DNA of 32,000 bases from NCBI RefSeq assembly GCF_014280175.1, contig NZ_CP047931.1, positions 1,200,001-1,232,000 of the forward strand, given 5' to 3'. Each line of letters starts with the position of its first letter. Position 1 is the first letter of the stretch. This document shows positions 17,515 through 25,869 of the stretch, one piece after another. The position numbers were made by a program, and so were the translations under genes. This DNA comes from Synechococcus sp. A15-28. Lineage in GTDB: Bacteria; Cyanobacteriota; Cyanobacteriia; PCC-6307; Cyanobiaceae. The notes beneath the pieces are model-generated. The model was not told the origin of the DNA. It searched no databases and saw only the letters and a program-made list of their open reading frames with translations.

Positions 17515-17760
17515 ATGTCGCGTGCCACCCGCCTGATCAACCGTCTCGACAAGGTGCTGGCGCGTCATGACAGCTTCGGCGACGATCCGGCGGCCTTTGT
17601 CGAGAGCGTGTTCGCCGAAATCGAAGAGCAGCTTGAACTGGTCAAGGCCAAGTCGAAGCCCGAACACTGGGCTGAGATCTATGTGGAGCGGGATCGCGCC
17701 AGGATCAAGGAGCAGGTGCTGAACCGGGTGATGGCCCGGGGGTCGGAATCAATCGACTAA
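17515..17760 (+). CDS. Small hypothetical protein (81 aa)
   Basis: MSRATRLINRLDKVLARHDSFGDDPAAFVESVFAEIEEQLELVKAKS...; 3' end touches the convergent mntA stop. Confidence 0.65.
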   Translation: MSRATRLINRLDKVLARHDSFGDDPAAFVESVFAEIEEQLELVKAKSKPEHWAEIYVERDRARIKEQVLNRVMARGSESID

Positions 17761-18512
17761 ACGGAATCGTCGCTGGAGCTGTTGCCGGTCAGCAGATCCG
17801 GCGGCAAGCCACCGAAGGTCAAGGCCAGGTTCTCCGGGGTGAACACCTCGGAGGTCTCGCCATAGGCCAGAACGGTTTTATTGATCAGCACCACGAGATC
17901 ACAGAACTCGCGCACGTGGCTGAGGTCGTGGGTGGAGATCAGGATCGTGCGACCGTCCTCTCGGAACTGCATGAACAGCTCCGCCATCAGCTTTTCGGTG
18001 CGTACATCCACGCCGTTGAAGGGTTCATCCAGCAGCAGCACATCGGCACGTTGTGCAATGGCCCGCGCCAGAAAGGCACGTTTGCGCTGTCCACCGGAGA
18101 GAGCACCGATCGGCCTTGAGCGGAGATCAAACAGCTCCACCCGTTTAAGGGCATCGCGAACCGCTACACGGTCGCTACTGCGGGGGATGCGCAGCAGATT
18201 CATGGCGCCGTAACGGCCCATCATCACCACATCCCAGATGGAAACGGGGAACTGACTATCGATGCCCTCGCTCTGGGGCACGTAGGCCACCGACTGCTGA
18301 CGCTGGGCCTCCGCAACCGAAGCGCCGTTGATGCGGATGCGCCCGCGGGAAGGACGCACAAAGCCGGTGAGAGCCTTGAACAGGGTGGACTTGCCAGCAC
18401 CGTTCATGCCCACGAGGCCGCAGATGCAGCCGGCGGGCAGATGCAGGCTGGCGTCGTACAGCGCCACAGTGCCGTTGTAATCAACGCAGAGCTGATCCGC
18501 CTCGATCCGCAT
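17757..18512 (-). CDS. mntA: Manganese-type ABC transporter ATP-binding protein (MntA-like)
   Basis: Walker A 'GMNGAGKST', 'PQSEGIDSQFPVSIWDVVMMGRYG', signature 'LSGGQRKR', Walker B 'VLLLDEPFNGVD'. Confidence 0.92.
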   Translation of the reverse strand: MRIEADQLCVDYNGTVALYDASLHLPAGCICGLVGMNGAGKSTLFKALTGFVRPSRGRIRINGASVAEAQRQQSVAYVPQSEGIDSQFPVSIWDVVMMGRYGAMNLLRIPRSSDRVAVRDALKRVELFDLRSRPIGALSGGQRKRAFLARAIAQRADVLLLDEPFNGVDVRTEKLMAELFMQFREDGRTILISTHDLSHVREFCDLVVLINKTVLAYGETSEVFTPENLALTFGGLPPDLLTGNSSSDDSV

Positions 18513-19453
18513 CAGCGCTGCACCTCCAGAAGCCCGGTCCTGATCAGACTCACATTGTGGCGCTGCAGCTCGAGCAGGGAGGCTGCCGGTCCATCCGGAT
18601 CGGACAGGGAATCGACGTAAAAGCTGCCGCCGAAGCGGGCTCCAGCAGCGGCGGCCACCTCCCGCTGCGCCTTGTCAGAGACGGTGGTTTCGCAATAAAT
18701 CGTCGGGATATCACGCTCCCGAACGGTGGTGATCAGGCGGGCCATCCGTTTCGGCGTGACCTGGCTCTCCGCATTCACCGGCCAGAGGTAGGCCTCCTCG
18801 AAGCCATAGTCCTGCGTCAGATAGGAGAAGGCACCCTCACAGGTCACCAACAGGCGGCGGTCCGAAGGAATGGTGGCGAGGGCATCGCGCAGATCACGGT
18901 CCAGCTGTTGGAGCTGGGTCTTGTAGCCGGCGGCATTGGCTTCAAACTGTGTGGCGCCGGCGGGGTCGAGGTCGGAGAAAGCGTCCACCAACCGATCCAC
19001 GTAGTGCATGGTGCGCTGCGGAGACATCCAGGCGTGGGGGTTGGGCTTGCCGGCGTAGGCATCCTCCGTGATCAACAGCGGTTGCATCCCCTCCGAGAGG
19101 GTGAGGGTGGGAACGTCGCCGGCGGCGGCGGTGAACCGGCGGAACCACAGCTCGAGGCCGAGACCGTTCTCGATGATCAGGTCTGCGGAACTGGCGCGTT
19201 CGATATCACTCGGGGTGGGCTGATAGCCGTGGATTTCCGCTCCTGGCTTGACGATGGAACGCACCTGCAGACGATCTCCGGCCACATTTCGGGCCAGATC
19301 GGCCAGGACGGTGAAGCTTGTGAGAACGGTTGGCCTGGAATCCAGCGGCTGAGCCTGTTCATCACGGCTGCTGCACCCTGCCACCGCAAACAATGCCAGC
19401 AACAGAAAGCTGAGCGGATGACGCCATGCCCTCCGGAACAACGCCAAAACCAT
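18512..19453 (-). CDS. mntC: Manganese-type ABC transporter substrate-binding lipoprotein (MntC-like)
   Basis: Lipobox-like 'LFAVAGC', 'HGYQPTPSDI', 'KPNPHAWMSP', 'CEGAFSYLTQDYGFEEAYLWPVNAESQVTPKRM', 'CETTVSDKAQREVA..AGARFGGSFYVDSLS'. Confidence 0.92.
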   Translation of the reverse strand: MVLALFRRAWRHPLSFLLLALFAVAGCSSRDEQAQPLDSRPTVLTSFTVLADLARNVAGDRLQVRSIVKPGAEIHGYQPTPSDIERASSADLIIENGLGLELWFRRFTAAAGDVPTLTLSEGMQPLLITEDAYAGKPNPHAWMSPQRTMHYVDRLVDAFSDLDPAGATQFEANAAGYKTQLQQLDRDLRDALATIPSDRRLLVTCEGAFSYLTQDYGFEEAYLWPVNAESQVTPKRMARLITTVRERDIPTIYCETTVSDKAQREVAAAAGARFGGSFYVDSLSDPDGPAASLLELQRHNVSLIRTGLLEVQR

Positions 19454-19512
19454 TGCGTCGGCACTGACTCTTCACTGCAGGCATCATTGCCTGTGGAGAA
19501 CCCCTGAAGGGC

Positions 19513-20166
19513 ATGCGCAAGAAGGAACGGGCGCAGCTGGTGCTGGAGCGACTGAACGAGCGCTACCCGGAAACGCCGGTGCCCCTGGACCACATCGATC
19601 CATTCACGCTCCTGATCGCCGTGCTGCTCAGTGCCCAGTGCACCGACAAGAAGGTGAACGAGGTGACCCCGGCCCTGTTCGCAGCGGGGCCGAACCCTGC
19701 GGCCATGGCGCAACTGGAGGAGGGGGAGATCCTGGAACACATCCGGCAGCTGGGGCTGGCCAAGACCAAGGCCAAGAATGTCCGCCGACTGGCGCAGCTC
19801 CTGCTGCACCGTCACAACGGCGAGGTCCCCCAGAGTTTCGAGGCGCTGGAAGCACTCCCTGGGGTGGGTCACAAAACCGCGAGCGTGGTGATGTCCCAGG
19901 CCTTCGGCGTGCCGGCCTTCCCGGTGGACACCCACATCCATCGCCTGGCGCAACGCTGGGGACTGAGCAGTGGGGAGAATGTCCAGCAAACGGAAAGAGA
20001 CCTCAAAGGTCTGTTTCCCCGCGACAGCTGGAATCGCCTTCACCTGCAGATCATTTTCTATGGGCGGGAGTTCTGCACCGCCCGTGGTTGCGACGGTCGG
20101 ACCTGCCCGCTATGTCAGGAGCTGTATCCGAACCGCCGCAAACCTGTGGTCACACGCAAGGCGTGA
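19513..20166 (+). CDS. nth: Endonuclease III
   Basis: 'LIAVLLSAQCTDKKVN', 'LPGVGHKTASVVMSQAFG..AFPVDTHIHRLAQRWGL', C-terminal cysteine cluster 'CTARGCDGRTCPLC'. Confidence 0.95.
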   Translation: MRKKERAQLVLERLNERYPETPVPLDHIDPFTLLIAVLLSAQCTDKKVNEVTPALFAAGPNPAAMAQLEEGEILEHIRQLGLAKTKAKNVRRLAQLLLHRHNGEVPQSFEALEALPGVGHKTASVVMSQAFGVPAFPVDTHIHRLAQRWGLSSGENVQQTERDLKGLFPRDSWNRLHLQIIFYGREFCTARGCDGRTCPLCQELYPNRRKPVVTRKA

Positions 20167-20169
20167 TGA

Positions 20170-20451
20170 TCAGAGGTCGTCCTCGGCGTTGGCCTTGATG
20201 CTGCAGTCGCTGGTGGGATAACTGACGCAGAGCAAGGCAAATCCCTGGCCCATCTGGTCGTCGTCGAGGAAGCTCTGATCGGTCTGATCAACCGAGCCAC
20301 TCAACAGCTTGCCGGCACAGGTGGAGCAGGCGCCGGCGCGGCAGGAGTAGGGCAGATCCACACCGGCTTCTTCCGCGGCATCGAGGATGTAGACGTCATC
20401 GGCGCATTCGAACGTCGAACCACCTTCGATGCTGATCTTGTAGGAGGCCAT
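20170..20451 (-). CDS. 2Fe-2S plant-type ferredoxin
   Basis: '[52 protein letters not shown]'. Confidence 0.93.
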   Translation of the reverse strand: MASYKISIEGGSTFECADDVYILDAAEEAGVDLPYSCRAGACSTCAGKLLSGSVDQTDQSFLDDDQMGQGFALLCVSYPTSDCSIKANAEDDL

Positions 20452-20532
20452 TCAGGAAAAACGGACTGCTCGCTTGATAGCCGCGTTGCCCACAACGTGC
20501 CGTGCCAATCGAGACATGGTCCGGGTCTTCAC

Positions 20533-21144
20533 TCAGTCGTTGTCAACAGGAGCAGATCCCAATAAGGCCAAAACCTGAACGAGGCCACTGGCCTGGTCCT
20601 TGATCACAACAGCGGCGCTCTGTTTCAGCGGTTGTATGAAATGTCGCTCACCCGGCAGCATCTCCCGAAACATCTGACGGATCACGTATCGAGGGGAGCG
20701 ATGCCGATCGCGCACATCCCGGCGCAGACGTCGCCACAGTCGCCTCGGAACGGATTCCTCCAGATAAACCACACCGCTGAACGGGAAATCATTCACCAGG
20801 TGCTGAGGTCCATAGGCGCCCTCCAGAAGGATCACGTCATAGGGCTGTTGGATGGGCCGGCGATCCACCCGGCGGGTGCGCATGTCGTAGAGGCGCAAGG
20901 TCTGGGCCTGGCCCTGACGTGCGGCGGAGAGATCAGCCCGCAACGCCTGATCATCGATGGCATCGGCCGTATCGAAGCCGAACAACGGATGGGGGCTCCA
21001 ATCCTGGCGGTAGTAGTCGTCGCAGGCGATCAGCAGCGGCTGACGACCACAGTCCTGCAGGGCTCTGCTGAGGGATGCCGCAAAGGTGGTTTTGCCGGCC
21101 GCGGAGGGACCACAAATGCAGAGGACAGGCAGGGCCGGAGTCAT
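20533..21144 (-). CDS. P-loop uridine kinase/phosphoribulokinase-like protein
   Basis: 'CICGPSAAGKTTFAASLSRAL..IACDDYYRQD...PYDVILLEGAYG'. Confidence 0.8.
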   Translation of the reverse strand: MTPALPVLCICGPSAAGKTTFAASLSRALQDCGRQPLLIACDDYYRQDWSPHPLFGFDTADAIDDQALRADLSAARQGQAQTLRLYDMRTRRVDRRPIQQPYDVILLEGAYGPQHLVNDFPFSGVVYLEESVPRRLWRRLRRDVRDRHRSPRYVIRQMFREMLPGERHFIQPLKQSAAVVIKDQASGLVQVLALLGSAPVDND

Positions 21145-21301
21145 GCCCCCATGCTGACAAGGCCGGAGCAGACCACAGCCTACAATTGGTAGCCGTTGTT
21201 ACAGAAGTGTCCTATGATCAAATCACGTTGAGCTTCGATCTCGGAGCTGCAGTCAGACCCACGCCAGGCAACGGGGGCATGGGCGCTGAAGAGGTGATGT
21301 C

Positions 21302-21547
21302 ATGAACACACTTCAACTGATCAAAGCCCGCACCACCCGCACCCGGGCCATGCAACGGGCACGCCTGCAGATGGCCAAGGCCTTCGACGGCACAGAACAC
21401 ATCGATACAGCCCACACGTCGGTGGGATTCGGCAAGAAGCCTCAACTGCGTTATCGCGGCGTGGCCTACGAACCGATCCAACAGAACCAGGAGGCCACCG
21501 GCGGCCGCGCACTCCGCTACCGCGGCGTGAGCTACGGGGTGTATTGA
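21302..21547 (+). CDS. DUF4278-like protein with two LRYRGVxY motifs
   Basis: 'PQLRYRGVAYEPIQQ...GRALRYRGVSYGVY'. Confidence 0.75.
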   Translation: MNTLQLIKARTTRTRAMQRARLQMAKAFDGTEHIDTAHTSVGFGKKPQLRYRGVAYEPIQQNQEATGGRALRYRGVSYGVY

Positions 21548-21568
21548 TCCTCCAAACAACAACAGCTG

Positions 21569-21593
21569 GCGGGGGACATTCCCCCGCTTTTTT
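21569..21593 (+). terminator. Rho-independent terminator
   Basis: gcggggg-acatt-cccccgc-tttttt, directly after the DUF4278 gene. Confidence 0.9.
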
Positions 21594-21807
21594 ATGTTCA
21601 GCCCTTGGGGACAAATGCCTGGGACGCCGCAATCAACAGCCCGGTGATCAGCAGAGCAGGAAGGACAACGGAAGGACCGCCGGGAGCCGTTTGAGATGCG
21701 AACAGCAGCATGGAGGGATTGAGCTGAAGTCTTCAGGCTGCCAGAACTGGAAACGGTTGGCGGCGAGCAGTCACCGTTGTGAACGAAGTCCCGCTCTTGA
21801 TCGAGGG

Positions 21808-22005
21808 TCAACAGGCAACGATCACCGGAAAGAGAAACAATTCGCCCTGAACAACCGCGCCGGAACCTGAAGCACTGGCTTTGCAGCGGGGAGAGTGCTG
21901 GGGAGCAGAAACCATCACCTCACCCATCAGCTTGCGGGGGCGAATCTGGGACTGCCGCATCCAGGCATCGGCGCGGAAGGTGGCGTAGGGAGAGCTGCTA
22001 GCCAT
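21808..22005 (-). CDS. Possible small hypothetical protein (65 aa)
   Basis: Only an intact ORF in an otherwise unassigned interval. Confidence 0.2.
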   Translation of the reverse strand: MASSSPYATFRADAWMRQSQIRPRKLMGEVMVSAPQHSPRCKASASGSGAVVQGELFLFPVIVAC

Positions 22006-22063
22006 GAAGACCTCACTGATACACCTGTTCTAGTTCGTCTGTACTAGTGCGTCAACAGGCTGA

Positions 22064-22243
22064 TCAGATTCCGCAGCCACCATCGACATTGCCGTTGTCG
22101 TCATGGATCTGCTGCAGGCGCCTCAACAGATCGGCATCACCGACGATCACCCGACGGCGACCGTCCACTCCCATGTAGGTGAGCTGGCCGTTTTCATTCA
22201 CCACCAGGGCCGTCAGCGGCGTGACCGTTGGGGGCTGGTCCAT
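22064..22243 (-). CDS. Small hypothetical protein (59 aa)
   Basis: Manual translation: MDQPPTVTPLTALVVNENGQLTYMGVDGRRRVIVGDADLLRRLQQIHDDNGNVDGGCGI*; more protein-like than the antisense listed ORF. Confidence 0.45.
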   Translation of the reverse strand: MDQPPTVTPLTALVVNENGQLTYMGVDGRRRVIVGDADLLRRLQQIHDDNGNVDGGCGI

Positions 22244-22329
22244 GAATCAGCGAAGCGCGGGATAAGTGAAACAACCCATGCCAACTGTGGCTGTTCACGC
22301 TGCACTGAAGCTAGTTCCAGTCCTTCTCG

Positions 22330-22488
22330 ATGACCTCATGCCCCTGGCCGCGCCGGCGCGCGCCCATCGATCGACTGCGGGACTGGTGGACCCCACCGCT
22401 GCGTCGATCGACTGCAACCACCCCTGATGCGAAGGACCAACAGCAGCTCTGGAGCAACCTGATGCAGGGCGGTTTCTGGCTTTCCTGA
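22330..22488 (+). CDS. Possible small hypothetical protein (52 aa)
   Basis: Manual translation MTSCPWPRRRAPIDRLRDWWTPPLRRSTATTPDAKDQQQLWSNLMQGGFWLS*. Confidence 0.3.
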   Translation: MTSCPWPRRRAPIDRLRDWWTPPLRRSTATTPDAKDQQQLWSNLMQGGFWLS

Positions 22489-22847
22489 GACAAAACAACA
22501 ATCCCCAATCGGGTGGATCTGGATTGATCAGAAGCTGTGAACCTTGAATCAATCCACGCATTTGCCGTTGTTTCTCACAGCTTTTCCACAAACCGAAATC
22601 TCAGGACGGCCGTGCCATGCAGGGTCTTGTCCCTGATCGGGGAAAATCGCCTTTCCCCTTGACGAAGCACGAGACCGGCCTGTAGTAAGGCGCACATCCA
22701 GCCCCAGATCGCCTGCAATCACAGTGCTTGCCTCCAGCAAGAACGTTCGGATCGTCCAGGCAGCACGGTTTTGACGAAGGCCCCGCTGTTGTGTGGAGAT
22801 GGGACGGACGAAGGGAGAGAAACGACTTGCTGACCACACCGGACGCG

Positions 22848-23075
22848 ATGCCGCCACACGTGAGTGTGGAAAACCAGTTGCCGCAGGATCTGTATGAAGC
22901 CATGGGTCGATTCATCAGCAGCCATCCCCAGTGGGACCAGTACCGGCTGGTGCAGGTGGCGATCGCAGGATTCCTGTTTCAGCAGGGCTGCGACGAGCGG
23001 GTGGTGGCCCAGCACTATCTGAAGGGGTTGTTCCACCTCCAACCAGATCCATGCCGGATGGTGATCGACCGTTGA
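22848..23075 (+). CDS. DUF2811-like hypothetical protein (75 aa)
   Basis: MPPHVSVENQLPQDLYEAMGRFISSHPQWDQYRLVQVAIAGFLFQQGCDERVVAQHYLKGLF. Confidence 0.6.
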   Translation: MPPHVSVENQLPQDLYEAMGRFISSHPQWDQYRLVQVAIAGFLFQQGCDERVVAQHYLKGLFHLQPDPCRMVIDR

Positions 23076-23242
23076 GCTGTGATTGCTGCACGACCCCGGG
23101 AGTGCTGCACTACAGGGTCAGAACCGATGCGCACACGGAGTGGATCTTCGTTTGCCCGAGCTGCTGGCCGCAGGTGAAGTCCCAACCCGGGTACCGCTAT
23201 GGAGGAACGCGAAAGGCGAATCGCCGGCGGCGGCGCCGTTGA
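23051..23242 (+). CDS. Small Cys-rich (zinc-ribbon-like) protein, overlapping the previous gene
   Basis: 'CDCCTTPGVLHYRVRTDAHTEWIFVCPSCWPQVKSQPGYRYGGTRK' has two CxxC motifs; ATG 23051 in the frame of ORF 22931..23242. Confidence 0.6.
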   Translation: MPDGDRPLSCDCCTTPGVLHYRVRTDAHTEWIFVCPSCWPQVKSQPGYRYGGTRKANRRRRRR

Positions 23243-23244
23243 CG

Positions 23245-23619
23245 TCAAGCCAGCGGCTCACAGTCGTAGGCAACGATTGAGCCGCGACGCTGCAGGAATT
23301 CCGGCCGGAGGGGATCTTCAACCCGCCACCACCAGCGCCCATCAGTGTAACTGGGTGGCCCAGCGTTGGTCGTGCGCGGCAACTGCAGGGTCAGCCCCCG
23401 CCAACGGATCAGAACCCCATCTCCCGGGAGCGTGCCCGCTGAGGTGTTGGGAATTCCTCCAGGCAGACCGGTCGGATCCACCGCACCAGCGACGGTCTCC
23501 ACCGACAACGGATCACCGTCACAACGCCAGTCCGCAGCAACCGGGAGCGGCCAGAACCAGACCAGCGTCAACAGGATCACCGACAGCAGAGCGGCCACGA
23601 CAGAATTCCTTGATGACAC
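23245..23619 (-). CDS. Secreted hypothetical protein
   Basis: Signal peptide 'VVAALLSVILLTLVWFWPLPVAADW', Trp-rich remainder. Confidence 0.55.
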   Translation of the reverse strand: MSSRNSVVAALLSVILLTLVWFWPLPVAADWRCDGDPLSVETVAGAVDPTGLPGGIPNTSAGTLPGDGVLIRWRGLTLQLPRTTNAGPPSYTDGRWWWRVEDPLRPEFLQRRGSIVAYDCEPLA

Positions 23620-23996
23620 TCACCCTCGTCTACGACGGCGGCTGCCCCTTCTGCCGATCCTTCGCCCTTCGCAGCGAGCTGGTGGGCGGAATCCAGCAAC
23701 TTGTGATCCGCGATGGCCGGAGCGACAACGAACTGCGCAGCCGCCTGCAACAACAGGGGCACCGTCTTGCCGACGGGGCGATGCTGCTGGAGGGCGACAC
23801 GATCTGGCACGGCAGTGCGGCCATTGCCGAACTGTGCCGGCGGATGCAACCGAGCGATCCACTGCTGACGCTGCTGGGACAGTTGTTCCGCGATGAGGGT
23901 CGTGCTGCAGCTCTTTATCCCTCCCTGCTGCTGGCACGACGACTCGCTCTGAACGTTCAGGGCCGACCTGTGGACCCAGACGCTGAGCCGATCTGA
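23613..23996 (+). CDS. DCC family thiol-disulfide oxidoreductase (DUF393)
   Basis: 'MTLTLVYDGGCPFCRSFA' with the DGxCxxC motif; ATG at 23613. Confidence 0.85.
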   Translation: MTLTLVYDGGCPFCRSFALRSELVGGIQQLVIRDGRSDNELRSRLQQQGHRLADGAMLLEGDTIWHGSAAIAELCRRMQPSDPLLTLLGQLFRDEGRAAALYPSLLLARRLALNVQGRPVDPDAEPI

Positions 23997-24037
23997 CCAG
24001 CACCTGGGGTGGCATTCGGACCCCGTGCGGGACTACG

Positions 24038-24358
24038 GTGAAACCAGTCCTTCAGATTTGCTTAAGCATCGACTCCGACCCCCTGGTTCCTGACGCCCTG
24101 AGCCGCCAACAGCTCAGCTCTCTGCTCAAAGCGGCGACCGAGGGAGCGGAGGCGCGGTTGCAGAGCATTGATGAAGACGAACTTCTGCGGGCGGCCCTGA
24201 GCGCCTGGGCCGATCAAACCAAGGAGCTGCTTCAGTGGCTTGAAAGCCAGGGAGACGCTGTCAGCGACACCAGATCAACGAAGCAGGTGATGGCGTTGGG
24301 CAGTTTCCGCACCCATCTGGTGATGGGGCTCAAAGCCTTGCGTTACGCCGAAAGCTGA
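24038..24358 (+). CDS. Hypothetical protein (106 aa)
   Basis: Intact ORF with protein-like composition, GTG start. Confidence 0.5.
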   Translation: MKPVLQICLSIDSDPLVPDALSRQQLSSLLKAATEGAEARLQSIDEDELLRAALSAWADQTKELLQWLESQGDAVSDTRSTKQVMALGSFRTHLVMGLKALRYAES

Positions 24359-24370
24359 TCACACCCGGTT

Positions 24371-24502
24371 TCAGCAGGCCTGTTCAAGCTCCAGGGTGAG
24401 GCCGGCATCAACCTGTTCTTCAAAATCCTTGAGCTCAGCATTGAGCTCCATCAACATCACGGCCAAAGCCGTGGCGAATTCACAACAAAAATCGTCCGTC
24501 AC
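24371..24502 (-). CDS. Possible small acidic protein (43 aa, GTG start)
   Basis: Manual translation MTDDFCCEFATALAVMLMELNAELKDFEEQVDAGLTLELEQAC*. Confidence 0.3.
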   Translation of the reverse strand: MTDDFCCEFATALAVMLMELNAELKDFEEQVDAGLTLELEQAC

Positions 24503-24600
24503 AGTGTCTCAGAACGGGACCCAGTTGTTCTAGAGACAGGATGTGCGCGGCCGTGGCATTGCTCAACCGTCCGTCACATACCAAGGAATCAGGCCACGAG

Positions 24601-24774
24601 ATGAACACTGAACAGCTCGGTATCAAGCTTCAACTGATGCATCCGCTCGCGGATTCCCTGACAGTCTCGGCAGGAGCATTGCTCTTGACCGACTTCAACA
24701 CGATGCAAGAGAAGCGGAAGGATCTGATCTTCGTCCTCGTAAAAAAAAGGCATGATTCGGCCGGCACAGAATAA
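24601..24774 (+). CDS. Small hypothetical protein (57 aa)
   Basis: MNTEQLGIKLQLMHPLADSLTVSAGALLLTDFNTMQEKRKDLIFVLVKKRHDSAGTE. Confidence 0.3.
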   Translation: MNTEQLGIKLQLMHPLADSLTVSAGALLLTDFNTMQEKRKDLIFVLVKKRHDSAGTE

Positions 24775-24820
24775 GAATTGGGATGATCTTTGCCGGGATC
24801 AACGTCAACGACAACAACAA

Positions 24821-25234
24821 ATGCAACTCAGTGATGTTCTCAACACACTGAAAACGTCAGGATTCAACAACAACCGGCATTGGCACCTGCAATCCCGCAG
24901 ACCGAGCATCATCCAGCAGGTCGCTGAGGCAATCCATGCCGAAACAAGCCTGGCCAGCCAGCAGCGTGTTCCACTCCTGCTCAGGGAAATGGGTCTGCAA
25001 CCACAAAGCGCCGTGGACGCTGGCCACGCTCAGACGACCAAGCCCGGGAGCATCAACGTGTTGAACGAGGAGGTCCACAGCTGGTTTCGAACTCAACTGA
25101 TGCCATTACGCCGAACAATCCGGCAAGGTAATGTTCGTGTTGATACAAAAATGCCATCTGCCCCCCGCAATTTCATTGATTGTTTGCGTATGGTTCTATT
25201 TGCTACCGGGATGACGTCGTGTCTGAAGACCTGA
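24821..25234 (+). CDS. Hypothetical protein (137 aa)
   Basis: In-frame ATG 24821: MQLSDVLNTLKTSGFNNNRHWHLQSRRPSIIQQVAEAIHAE.... Confidence 0.45.
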   Translation: MQLSDVLNTLKTSGFNNNRHWHLQSRRPSIIQQVAEAIHAETSLASQQRVPLLLREMGLQPQSAVDAGHAQTTKPGSINVLNEEVHSWFRTQLMPLRRTIRQGNVRVDTKMPSAPRNFIDCLRMVLFATGMTSCLKT

Positions 25235-25371
25235 TCGCCATCCTGCTGTCGTCCGTTCTGGTGGGTGCAGGGATTGTTGTGGCGCGCTTCTTCCGGGAAG
25301 CGTCGCTCTTGGCTGCGACATTTCTGGTGGGCTTCATTGGCCTGGAGCTGGCGCTGGTGCTGATCAGTTGA
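25219..25371 (+). CDS. Small two-TM membrane protein (50 aa, GTG start)
   Basis: MSEDLIAILLSSVLVGAGIVVARFFREASLLAATFLVGFIGLELALVLIS. Confidence 0.5.
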   Translation: MSEDLIAILLSSVLVGAGIVVARFFREASLLAATFLVGFIGLELALVLIS

Positions 25372-25648
25372 GGCTGTCGCTGCGGTTCCAGCGCATGCCC
25401 AGCCTGAATCGTTGATATCGAATCAAGGCCTCCTCCTGGCTGAGGTGGGGATAAAGATCCGAAGCTTCCTTGAGGGTTGCGGGCTCACTCAACCAATCCT
25501 GTTCCGCAGGGGTCGCCGATCCCGCCGAAGACCTCTGCCAACGCTGGGAACCTGGCAGAAAGCGACGCCAACGATCAAGAAGCTCCAGGGGATGAATCAC
25601 GGTGTTTTCACAGAAAAACTCGTTTCCAGGGGCTGTGCGCTGGCTCAA
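25364..25648 (-). CDS. Hypothetical protein (94 aa)
   Basis: Intact ORF, convergent with the preceding gene with small 3' overlap. Confidence 0.5.
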   Translation of the reverse strand: MSQRTAPGNEFFCENTVIHPLELLDRWRRFLPGSQRWQRSSAGSATPAEQDWLSEPATLKEASDLYPHLSQEEALIRYQRFRLGMRWNRSDSLN

Positions 25649-25680
25649 GCCTGAGCTAGCACCAAGGCAGCAAGAGGTGA

Positions 25681-25860
25681 ATGATGGCCCGATTCGGACT
25701 GAAGATGATCACCGATCACCTGCCACGCATTGGACGGAAGCGCCCTGTTGTGCTTCCAAGCGACGCCACGGAAACCCAGAACATTCCCAAACCGGATTAC
25801 TGGGCGATGGATTGTGCCGCCAACCCCTGGCGCAAGGGATGCCGGACCTACGACAGCTGA
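25681..25860 (+). CDS. Small hypothetical protein (59 aa)
   Basis: Manual translation MMARFGLKMITDHLPRIGRKRPVVLPSDATETQNIPKPDYWAMDCAANPWRKGCRTYDS*; 'aagaggtga' purine-rich stretch just upstream. Confidence 0.5.
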   Translation: MMARFGLKMITDHLPRIGRKRPVVLPSDATETQNIPKPDYWAMDCAANPWRKGCRTYDS

Positions 25861-25869
25861 GCGCCGAGC

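Noticed and set aside
18557-20043. ORFs 18557..19507 (+) and 19177..20043 (-)
   Set aside because: Opposite the well-supported mntC and nth genes; no family motifs.
21302-21547. LRYRGVxY repeats as a novel repeat protein
   Set aside because: Consistent with the known DUF4278 pattern in cyanobacteria; recorded as an ordinary feature.
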